DNA of 32,000 bases, taken from Breznakia blatticola. Lineage in GTDB: Bacteria > Bacillota_I > Bacilli_A > Erysipelotrichales > Erysipelotrichaceae. The position numbers were made by a program, and so were the translations under genes. Below the pieces are notes generated by a model. It saw only the letters and a program-made list of their open reading frames with translations, had not been told where the DNA came from and searched no databases. The stretch lies in assembly GCF_004365815.1 (NCBI RefSeq), contig NZ_SODD01000027.1:1-32000 (forward strand), read 5' to 3'. This document shows positions 9,098 to 16,848 of this stretch, piece after piece; positions within the stretch are counted from its first letter, which is position 1, and each line of letters begins with the position of its first letter.

Positions 9098-9737
9098 TGA
9101 ATGCCACAACCTTTCCCACACCATTTTCGTAGGTAATCGTTGTCACACCAGAGTTTTTCAACTCTTGCTTTACAGGTATCGTTTCATCTACCATATGTAC
9201 AATTGTACGAATAACATTACCGTGTGTTACAACCATCAATTTGCTATCATCTTGATGCTTGTTTAAGATCATTTCAAGTCCTTTATTTAGTCGTGATTCT
9301 ACTTCCTTTTGGGTTTCCGCTTCGTTTGCTTGATCCACATCTTTAATTGCTAAAGCTATTTCATCTAAACTCAACGTTGTAAAGATATCACGCACTTCTA
9401 TATTTTTATTTTTTGCGACTTTGCCATACACATAGTCGCAAAAGCTACCATCCAGTGAGCCATAAAAGGTTTCACGGAATTCATACGTAGGGATGATTTT
9501 TGTTTCATCCCTATATGTATTTTCTGCCAAAATAAGATTTGCAGTTCGTATGGTTCTGCCCAGATCGCTTGTATAAATTACATCAAATTTTTCATTTTCG
9601 AGACGTTTGCCTGTCGCAATTGCATCTTCTTCCCCTTTTTGTGTTAAAGGTGCATCAGACCAACCTTGCATTTTTTTGTATTTATTTAAATACGTTTCCC
9701 CGTGCCGAATAAAATAAATCGTTACTTTATTACCCAT
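9090..9737 (-). CDS. Histidine phosphatase family protein (phosphoglycerate-mutase-like; likely a sugar-phosphate phosphatase)
   Basis: 215 aa with N-terminal IYFIRHGETYLN (catalytic RHG), SDLGRT, and a late THGNVIR histidine. Confidence 0.85.
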   Translation of the reverse strand: MGNKVTIYFIRHGETYLNKYKKMQGWSDAPLTQKGEEDAIATGKRLENEKFDVIYTSDLGRTIRTANLILAENTYRDETKIIPTYEFRETFYGSLDGSFCDYVYGKVAKNKNIEVRDIFTTLSLDEIALAIKDVDQANEAETQKEVESRLNKGLEMILNKHQDDSKLMVVTHGNVIRTIVHMVDETIPVKQELKNSGVTTITYENGVGKVVAFNE

Positions 9738-9768
9738 TGTCTACACCATTTCCTTACTATTTGAAACC

Positions 9769-10755
9769 TTATTCACTTAATAATGTTTCCAATTGCTTAA
9801 TTTGACGTTTTGTAAATTCTGTACCACCACAATATAATTCATCTTCATACTCACAAATTAAATATCCATCAAATGACGTTTCTTTAATTGCAGCAATAAT
9901 TTCTGGATATGGGATACTTGCTTCTACACAGTTTTCATCTAGGTAGTGGAATTTACAGTGCATCTCAAAGCAATATGGCATGATACGTTTCATACCTTCT
10001 AATAATGCAGGCAGTTGCTCTTTACTTTTGAATTGTACGAATCCATACATTCCTTGCAACACACCATTGATTGCAGGGTGTGCATTTGCTTCTGTAAGTT
10101 TTGCTCTTGCTTCTTCAATATCCACACCAGCATAGCGCATATCTGCAGCCATTTGTAAGTGTTCTTCTTTTACTCCAGCTTGAAGTGCTTTCATCCATTG
10201 TGGTTTATTTGGTGCAATTGAGAAACATCCAAAGTCAGGAATAAATCCTAAATACTTTGATCCAGTCTTTTCAATCACTGCTAAGTATTCCATCATTTTT
10301 GGTGAAGTTGGTGTTTCTGGATTATGAATTTCGATACCAACATGCACATCATAAAGTTCAGCATATGGCGCCAAACGTTCAAATGCACTTGGTGATAACA
10401 TATATTGTGCACGCATCACCTTACACCCTAATGCATTTGCTGTTTTTAAATCAATGATTGTATCTGCAAGCATTTCATCATCACTTAAATCGCGATCATG
10501 ACGCATTCCACGATCGTTATTTGCTCCATAACTTACTGGACCAATTCCATACGTTTCTTTTAATCTAGTAACCAATCCAAGAAATTCATCACTTACATTT
10601 GGATACGATGGTAACATTTGTGTCCCAACAATTTCATAACCAGTAGCTCCGGCAAGCGCTGCTTGTTTTACACATTCTTCAAAATCATATTCATATCGTG
10701 CATATTCTGTTCCATAACAGAATAAAGTAGCACCTATTTTCATATTTGTATTCAT
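9769..10755 (-). CDS. Xylose-isomerase-like TIM-barrel protein; candidate C-glycoside deglycosidase alpha subunit (DgpC/CarB-like)
   Basis: 328 aa. The metal-site pattern of the AP_endonuc_2/xylose isomerase-like fold is visible: GIEIHNPE, IPDFG, HCKFH, CEYE. It lies immediately downstream of a DUF6379-like small gene and a Gfo/Idh/MocA gene, matching the dgpA-dgpB-dgpC order I recall. The fold call is solid; the specific function is inference. Confidence 0.6.
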   Translation of the reverse strand: MNTNMKIGATLFCYGTEYARYEYDFEECVKQAALAGATGYEIVGTQMLPSYPNVSDEFLGLVTRLKETYGIGPVSYGANNDRGMRHDRDLSDDEMLADTIIDLKTANALGCKVMRAQYMLSPSAFERLAPYAELYDVHVGIEIHNPETPTSPKMMEYLAVIEKTGSKYLGFIPDFGCFSIAPNKPQWMKALQAGVKEEHLQMAADMRYAGVDIEEARAKLTEANAHPAINGVLQGMYGFVQFKSKEQLPALLEGMKRIMPYCFEMHCKFHYLDENCVEASIPYPEIIAAIKETSFDGYLICEYEDELYCGGTEFTKRQIKQLETLLSE

Positions 10756-10763
10756 CTTAGTTT

Positions 10764-11198
10764 CTACTCCTCTACACGTACATCAAGTACATCTCCACTA
10801 TCAAGAGGCATGTACATATGTCCCGGTCCTATATTCATATATGGAACACGTAACATTAATTTCAACTCAATTTTGTGGTTACCTTTTGCCAACCCACCTT
10901 TTTTAATTACATGAATGGTTGCAGGTTCTACTTGACTCCAAAATTCAGTAATTGCATATTTTAATTTGTATACAGGAAGTTCCTTATTACGATATGCAAA
11001 CGTAACTGCTTCTTGATCAACTTTTTCTCCATCGATATACACTTCAAGTAGATCGATATCAGAAAGATAATGACCTCTATAATATCCTAGTTGTACATCA
11101 AAGCTAAATCCATTGCGTTTATTATTGATATACATGTCTTTGAAGGAATCTTTTTTTATAATCTCTTCATTTAATTGCATTCTCATTGCAAAAGCCAT
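10764..11198 (-). CDS. Small DUF6379-like protein; candidate C-glycoside deglycosidase beta subunit (DgpB/CarC-like)
   Basis: 144 aa with good RBS (GGGGGAAAG). The size, the LGYYRGHYLS-type segment and its position between an oxidoreductase and a TIM-barrel gene match my recollection of the CGD beta subunit family. No HMM was run. Confidence 0.55.
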   Translation of the reverse strand: MAFAMRMQLNEEIIKKDSFKDMYINNKRNGFSFDVQLGYYRGHYLSDIDLLEVYIDGEKVDQEAVTFAYRNKELPVYKLKYAITEFWSQVEPATIHVIKKGGLAKGNHKIELKLMLRVPYMNIGPGHMYMPLDSGDVLDVRVEE

Positions 11199-11209
11199 GT
11201 TCTTTCCCC

Positions 11210-12313
11210 CTAAAATTTAATCTCTTTATTTTCAGCTGCTGATTTATAAATTGCATCTAATACTTTTGTAACTGCTAAAGCTTCTTCTGGTTTTACTAGT
11301 GGTTCTGTTCCATTTACAACAGCTTCTAACCATTGTTTTGCATCGATGGTACCTTCTTCACCACCACCGCCACCGAAGTATGCGACACCACCAACAGGTG
11401 ATAATGTTTCTTCCATTAATTGGTTGTTTTTTCCACGGTTATAGATCAATTCATTTTTTCCATAACTCATTCCTGAGTGAATTTCTGCACCAGCTTTTGT
11501 ACCACAAAGTGTAGTTGATGCTTCTCTTGATTCAAGAATATTTAAAGCCCAGCTTGCTTCAAGGTTAATTGTTGCTCCATTTTTCATCTTAATGAATCCC
11601 ATGGCTGAATCTTCAACTTCATATGTTTTTGGATCCCATGGTCCAAATAGGTTTCCTTCTGTTGCTTGTTCTAATCCACCAAGCTTATAAAACACAGATC
11701 CATTTACACTATCTACATCATAGTTATTCATACACCATAAAGTTATATCCAATGCATGTGTTCCAATATCAATTAATGGTCCCCCACCTTGTGCTTCTTT
11801 GTCCATGAATACTCCCCATGTAGGTACTCCTCTACGACGTACTGCATGTGCTTTTCCATAATAGATATCTCCAAGTTCACCATCTGCACATGATGCATGT
11901 AAGTTTTGAACTTCTGGACGGAAACGGTTTTGGTATCCAACCGTAAACTGCATTCCTGATTTCTTCCAAGCTTCTACCATTTTCTCTGCTTCTGTACTGC
12001 TGTGTGACATTGGTTTTTCACAGTACACGTGTTTTTTTGCATCAAATGATGCAATTGCAATCTCACTATGCGACACATTTGGTGTACAAATGTGCACTAC
12101 ATCTACATCAGGGTTTTGCAACACTTCATGATAATCTGTTGTCACTTGTGCGCCTTTGATTCCAAATTCATTTGCGGCTTTTATTGCACGCTCTTCAATT
12201 AGGTCACAAAATGCAACCATTTCACATAAATCTGCATTTTTTTTCAGTGCCGGGAATTGTTTTTGATTAGCAATTCCTCCACATCCAATAATCGCTACTC
12301 TTAACTTTTTCAT
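11210..12313 (-). CDS. Gfo/Idh/MocA-family NAD(P)-dependent oxidoreductase (DgpA-like position; candidate glycoside 3-oxidase)
   Basis: 367 aa. N-terminal Rossmann motif VAIIGCGGIANQ, then the CEKPM motif typical of the family. RBS AAGAGG 7 nt upstream. Confidence 0.85.
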   Translation of the reverse strand: MKKLRVAIIGCGGIANQKQFPALKKNADLCEMVAFCDLIEERAIKAANEFGIKGAQVTTDYHEVLQNPDVDVVHICTPNVSHSEIAIASFDAKKHVYCEKPMSHSSTEAEKMVEAWKKSGMQFTVGYQNRFRPEVQNLHASCADGELGDIYYGKAHAVRRRGVPTWGVFMDKEAQGGGPLIDIGTHALDITLWCMNNYDVDSVNGSVFYKLGGLEQATEGNLFGPWDPKTYEVEDSAMGFIKMKNGATINLEASWALNILESREASTTLCGTKAGAEIHSGMSYGKNELIYNRGKNNQLMEETLSPVGGVAYFGGGGGEEGTIDAKQWLEAVVNGTEPLVKPEEALAVTKVLDAIYKSAAENKEIKF

Positions 12314-12331
12314 ATATTTGACCTCTTCTTT

Positions 12332-13246
12332 CTATATCACAAAGTTTCTTAAATATTTCGTACTAATTGCGACTGCCTTCTTGGCATCATCATATGTTTT
12401 TTCAAACGCCTTATCTTCTACCTCAATACATGTATATCCATTAAATCCAATATCCGTTAATGCAGATACATATTCTGCCCAATCTACATCTCCAAGTCCT
12501 GGTACTTTTGGTGCCATGTATTCAAGTGGCGTTGCCATAACTCCGACATCTTTTAGTTTTTCTTGATACACTTTAATATCTTTATAGTGCACATGATAGA
12601 TGCGATCCTTAAATTCGTATAACGGTGCAATGTAATCAATTTGTTGCCAAATAAAGTGTGATGGATCATAGTTGATTCCTAAACGTTTACTAGGCAATAA
12701 TTCAAATACTTTTCGCCAGTTAGCTGGTGAAGTCATTAAATTTTGACCTCCTGGCCATTCATCATTTGTAAATAACATCGGACAATTTTCAATTGCAATA
12801 TTTACATCATTTGCTTCAGCTACATCTAATATTGGCTGCCAAATACCAACTACATCTTTTAGATTTTCGTCAACGGATTTTTTTGAATCCCGACCGATAA
12901 ATGTTGTTACTGTTTTTACACCATAAGCATTAGCTGCTTTAATTACTTGTTTTAAGTGTTTAGTATAATACTCACGTTTACTTACATCTGGATCCATCGT
13001 ATTTGGATAATATGCAAGTGCTGAGATTTCAACACCCTTTTGCATACAATAATCCAAATTTTCTTGAATCGTTTTCTCACTTAAGTCATATACATCAATG
13101 TGCGAAACTCCTGCATATCGTCTTTCCGCTTTTCCCTTTGGCCAACATGCAACTTCTACACACTCCAATCCGTTCATTGCGACAATATCGATCATTTCTT
13201 TGAAATCACTTTGATCTAAAATCGCACTTACTAATCCTAATTTCAT
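12332..13246 (-). CDS. Sugar phosphate isomerase/epimerase-type TIM-barrel protein (second copy)
   Basis: 304 aa with the metal-site pattern AIENCP, NYDPSHF, HVHYKD, CIEVED. Confidence 0.85.
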   Translation of the reverse strand: MKLGLVSAILDQSDFKEMIDIVAMNGLECVEVACWPKGKAERRYAGVSHIDVYDLSEKTIQENLDYCMQKGVEISALAYYPNTMDPDVSKREYYTKHLKQVIKAANAYGVKTVTTFIGRDSKKSVDENLKDVVGIWQPILDVAEANDVNIAIENCPMLFTNDEWPGGQNLMTSPANWRKVFELLPSKRLGINYDPSHFIWQQIDYIAPLYEFKDRIYHVHYKDIKVYQEKLKDVGVMATPLEYMAPKVPGLGDVDWAEYVSALTDIGFNGYTCIEVEDKAFEKTYDDAKKAVAISTKYLRNFVI

Positions 13247-13255
13247 ACTATCTCC

Positions 13256-14308
13256 TTACTTCTCAAATAAAATTGCTTGATTTGTTTCACTTGATTTCCA
13301 AGCCGCTTCCATAATCGCTAGTACACGACGTACCTCTTCATGTTTTACAAGTTGTTCTTCTTTACCATTTACTACATTTACAAAGTTTTGATAGAAATCT
13401 GTCCAGTCCGTTTCTACAGTTGGTAATTCTTCTGAATATAGTGCCCCTGCAGGTTGTGGTGCAAATTGACGTGTAGGACCAGCTACTGTTTCTGCAATTT
13501 GTGCAGGCAGTTTGTCTAACAATTCACTTGTTCGCCATATTTCTCCATCACAAGCAAATGTATTAATTTTTAAAGTCCCTCGATTTCCTGCCACCAACCA
13601 ACGCGGTTGATAATTCAAGACATAGGTTCCTAGTTCAATATGATATGTAATCCCATTATCGAATTTTAAAAGTATTTTAAAGTAATCATCTACTTCATAA
13701 TTAATGATGCTTTTTAAATCAGCAAATACACTTAGAACTTTTGCGCCTTTCATCATTTGGCATGCTTGGTCGATTAAATGAACTCCCCAATCGTATAGCA
13801 TTCCACCACCGTATTTTTTATATAGGTGCCATTCATGAATTCTTCCATTTGCTGTATGAAGTTTTGATTCAATCGTGAAAATATCACCAATCATATGTTC
13901 TTCATAAACTTTTTTTGCAATTCGAAAATCACGATCCCAACGTCTGTTTTGATGTACCATCATCGTTACGTTGTTGTTTTCTACCGCTTTTACCATTTCG
14001 TCGTATTCTGCAGTATTTAATGCTGCTGGTTTTTCATCAATAATATGTTTTCCAGCATTTGCAGCTTTTATCACCATTTCTTTATGTAAGTGATTTGGAA
14101 CTGTAATCAATACTGTATTTACTTCTGGATTCGCTAATAAATCCTCGACATCTTTGTATGCTGGATATCCCAAATCAATTGCTTCTTGACGCTTTGTATC
14201 ATCAATCTCACATACTGCGACAATTTCTACTCCCTTCACTCGAGTAGCATTTTGTTCGTGCCATTTACCCATGCCACCAAAACCAATGATTCCTAATTTA
14301 ACGTTCAT
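13256..14308 (-). CDS. Gfo/Idh/MocA-family oxidoreductase (second copy)
   Basis: 350 aa with LGIIGFGGMGKWH Rossmann motif and DEKP motif. First gene of the operon, with RBS GAGG upstream. Confidence 0.88.
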   Translation of the reverse strand: MNVKLGIIGFGGMGKWHEQNATRVKGVEIVAVCEIDDTKRQEAIDLGYPAYKDVEDLLANPEVNTVLITVPNHLHKEMVIKAANAGKHIIDEKPAALNTAEYDEMVKAVENNNVTMMVHQNRRWDRDFRIAKKVYEEHMIGDIFTIESKLHTANGRIHEWHLYKKYGGGMLYDWGVHLIDQACQMMKGAKVLSVFADLKSIINYEVDDYFKILLKFDNGITYHIELGTYVLNYQPRWLVAGNRGTLKINTFACDGEIWRTSELLDKLPAQIAETVAGPTRQFAPQPAGALYSEELPTVETDWTDFYQNFVNVVNGKEEQLVKHEEVRRVLAIMEAAWKSSETNQAILFEK

Positions 14309-14335
14309 ATGTTTAACCTCATCTTTTCTATCTTT

Positions 14336-14341
14336 ATTTTA
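14336..14341 (-). promoter_or_regulatory. Candidate -10 box (TAAAAT) of the oxidoreductase/TIM-barrel operon
   Basis: TAAAAT lies about 30 nt upstream of the ATG at 14308. The hexamer at 16-18 nt spacing is a poor -35, consistent with an activator-dependent promoter. Weak evidence. Confidence 0.3.
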
Positions 14342-14412
14342 CGAAGATTGGGACATTTCATCTTCCCGTTTTTTATCGCGAAGTTGATGATTTACATCCT
14401 TGTTTTCCATTG

Positions 14413-14455
14413 AAAATAAAAAAAAGACAAAATTTGTGATACATTTTTTGTCTTT
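14413..14455 (-). terminator. Rho-independent terminator of the AraC-family gene
   Basis: On the minus strand: AAAGACAAAA-(13 nt loop)-TTTTGTCTTT, then TTTTTATTTT. It starts directly at the stop codon (14456). Confidence 0.6.
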
Positions 14456-16774
14456 CTAATTCTTTATTAATCCACAATACATTGTAGATATTTGGTTTGG
14501 TGCTAAATCAATATCAACTGTCAAAATTTCATTGGTAACATGAACCTTTTTAATCATAAGATCTGGACTCGATTTTCTTGCTAGATGATCAATATCCATA
14601 CCAGTTACAAAGTTCACATAATCCCATTTCTTCCACTCATCAATTAGACTTCCGCTCGTTGTACTGATGGTAAACATTCGTACTTCATATTCTCCATTTG
14701 TTACACCTTCTAAGTGAAACCGGAACGATTTTGATTCATTATGGAAGAGCTGATTAATATCATTCACATGGATTTTATCTTTTTTAATATACATGGAAGG
14801 TTCGATATGACAGTAGTTGTTACACAGAATTCCAATATCATATCCTTCATCAATTGTCGCAATATAATTTGCATTTTTACCAATCACTTCACTACGCAAA
14901 TGATGATAAAACTTATATCCGTAAAATGCAGGTTTGTAGATACCTTGTCGATTCAATAGCCCATATGAACCATTGAGTAATTCGTTGGTATTTTTTGCAT
15001 CTATAACCACATCACACATAACATCATAAGCAATCTCATCCACTTCATCAGAAATACTTTGTAGACTTCGCACAACGTATGCTCCTTTAAAGCACGTATC
15101 ATTAACATAGTCTGGATATATTTTCGAGTAATTCCATGAAGTTACATATAGTGGTAAATCTTGGTATTTTGTTTGCTTAAGTTGCTTTTTTACTTCTGCT
15201 ACATCATTTGCTAATTTATCGTTATTTCCAATGTCCTTTAATTTCGTTTGTGAATCAATCGTATAACTATGCATGGTGATGAAATCAAATACTACATTTT
15301 GTTTCTCTAGTTTTTCAAATACATCATTATTCGCATAACCCACTTCAAATCCCACACCACCAATTTTAAAGTTATTACTATAACTTTTTAGCAACATGAA
15401 TATTGCTTTATATAGTTTTGCATAACGCGAGCTATTTAAGTTACTTTGATTACTTAATTCAAAACGATACTTCCCGACATTCACAATCATAAATTGATTG
15501 ATCAAAAACGACATGAATTTACGTAGTACTTCTTTGTATATATCAAGGTATTGTTCAAACATATCTGCATCTTGATCATTTACTTGATACTTTGCAAATG
15601 CAGGTGTTTCAAGTTCAATCATGACAGGAATATTATTTCGAATAAGAAAATTGAAAACGTTTTGGATTTTGTCATAATCTAAAAATACTTCATCATTTTC
15701 GATGGATACAATATTTTCACTAAAGATATCAATGATTCGAAACGATTCAATTCGCAATGATTTCCGCGTTTTCAACAACTGTTCTTGCACTTGAAATTCA
15801 AGCAACTTATGCGCTGGTCCAACATTCATCATTTTGGTAACTTGAAGACGTTGCGGTTTATGTTTTCTTACATCTAGTGTAATCTCCTCATGCATCGTTT
15901 TATTTTTATATTCATAGTTGAACTCTTTTAACTGTTCAACAACTTTCTCATTTTGGTCTATTGCTAGTTCTGCTTTATGTTCTTCTTGATATTGTTGACG
16001 ATATAAAGAAGGTGTTGTTTTGTATGCTTCCTTGAATGATTTATTAAATGCAGTGGTACTAGCAAATCCATGATCCACTGCTATTTGTGTAATATTTTTA
16101 TCCGTTAGTTCTACATCTTCAATCGCTTTCATTAACCTCACTTGATTAATAAAATCAATGAAATTCTTTCCTGTCTCTTGCTTAAAGTATCTAGAGAAAT
16201 AAGAAGAAGACATATAGAAGTGAGAAGCGATATCATCTAAGGATAAGCGTATATTATAGTTTGTATAAATATATTTTAAAATACTTTCCAATCGTGTATC
16301 ATAATCATCACTTTCAAGTTCCATATGATAATTTGTGACTAGCACATCAAGAAATTGAAATCCTAATTCAAAATACTTATAAGGAAACTTCTTATCATTA
16401 CTTGCGAATGTTGATATTAAGTGATGCATTGTATCGCGCAACATGGAATGATTTAGTGCGGTATTTTTTACAGAGTTACAATCAAAGCGAATGGTATTGT
16501 TTTGTAAGGAATCGCGCAATACGTATAATGGAATGACAATTTCACAAACCATTAATTCTTTACTTTGACTATGAATCTCAAAATTTTCTCCATAGTTAAC
16601 AAGTAAGAAATCATCCTTCATCAATGTGAATGATTCTTCTTGCTTATCAATAACTAGTGATCCAAAGACGACATAGAAAAACACAACACTTAATTCATGT
16701 CGTTTGTAGTCATTTACATCTGTTAGAATTTGAAATCCACTTTTTGAATCGAAGCTATTGAATATATTGTACAT
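14456..16774 (-). CDS. AraC-family transcriptional regulator fused to a C-terminal GH39-like (beta-xylosidase-like) domain lacking both catalytic glutamates
   Basis: 772 aa. An N-terminal cupin-like region is followed by an AraC HTH at about aa 160-260 (LSLDDIASHFYMSSSYFSRYFK...GFASTTAFNKSFK). The C-terminal ~470 aa are colinear with recalled Thermoanaerobacterium XynB (GH39): FELSNQSNL vs FEIWNEPNL, KLYK...KIGG vs KLYK...KVGG, DFITMHSYT vs DFVSRHAYT, LYVTSWNYS vs FHITEYNTS, GSYGLLNRQGIYKPAFYGYKF vs [21 protein letters not shown]. Confidence 0.85.
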   Translation of the reverse strand: MYNIFNSFDSKSGFQILTDVNDYKRHELSVVFFYVVFGSLVIDKQEESFTLMKDDFLLVNYGENFEIHSQSKELMVCEIVIPLYVLRDSLQNNTIRFDCNSVKNTALNHSMLRDTMHHLISTFASNDKKFPYKYFELGFQFLDVLVTNYHMELESDDYDTRLESILKYIYTNYNIRLSLDDIASHFYMSSSYFSRYFKQETGKNFIDFINQVRLMKAIEDVELTDKNITQIAVDHGFASTTAFNKSFKEAYKTTPSLYRQQYQEEHKAELAIDQNEKVVEQLKEFNYEYKNKTMHEEITLDVRKHKPQRLQVTKMMNVGPAHKLLEFQVQEQLLKTRKSLRIESFRIIDIFSENIVSIENDEVFLDYDKIQNVFNFLIRNNIPVMIELETPAFAKYQVNDQDADMFEQYLDIYKEVLRKFMSFLINQFMIVNVGKYRFELSNQSNLNSSRYAKLYKAIFMLLKSYSNNFKIGGVGFEVGYANNDVFEKLEKQNVVFDFITMHSYTIDSQTKLKDIGNNDKLANDVAEVKKQLKQTKYQDLPLYVTSWNYSKIYPDYVNDTCFKGAYVVRSLQSISDEVDEIAYDVMCDVVIDAKNTNELLNGSYGLLNRQGIYKPAFYGYKFYHHLRSEVIGKNANYIATIDEGYDIGILCNNYCHIEPSMYIKKDKIHVNDINQLFHNESKSFRFHLEGVTNGEYEVRMFTISTTSGSLIDEWKKWDYVNFVTGMDIDHLARKSSPDLMIKKVHVTNEILTVDIDLAPNQISTMYCGLIKN

Positions 16775-16789
16775 ACTGACCTCTCTTTC

Positions 16790-16798
16790 ATCATACCA
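16790..16798 (-). promoter_or_regulatory. Candidate extended -10 (TGGTATGAT) for the AraC-family gene
   Basis: TGnTATGAT on the minus strand, about 16 nt upstream of the ATG at 16774 and just downstream of the EIIBC terminator. No convincing -35. Confidence 0.3.
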
Positions 16799-16810
16799 AA
16801 TCTAAAATGG

Positions 16811-16835
16811 AAAAGGTGAAAGTTTTTCTTTCACC
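16811..16835 (-). terminator. Rho-independent terminator of the PTS EIIBC gene
   Basis: On the minus strand: GGTGAAAG-aaaaa-CTTTCACC (perfect 8 bp), then TTTTCCATTTT. It lies 14 nt after the stop at 16849. Confidence 0.6.
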
Positions 16836-16848
16836 TGATCGATTTGTA

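Noticed and set aside
9098-9124. N-terminal extension of glcK (MVWERLWHS).
   Set aside because: It overlaps the upstream phosphatase coding region by 35 nt. ATG 9097 gives the canonical GlcK N-terminus (MNEKDIVIGIDLGGT) with a compact 8-nt overlap.
9769-14308. Interpreting the Gfo/Idh/MocA + TIM-barrel pairs as an inositol (iolG/iolE/iolI-like) catabolic cluster.
   Set aside because: No iolB/C/D/J-type genes are present. The small DUF6379-like gene sits between an oxidoreductase and a TIM barrel. The PTS/glucokinase context also fits glycoside processing better. I keep this as the main alternative hypothesis.
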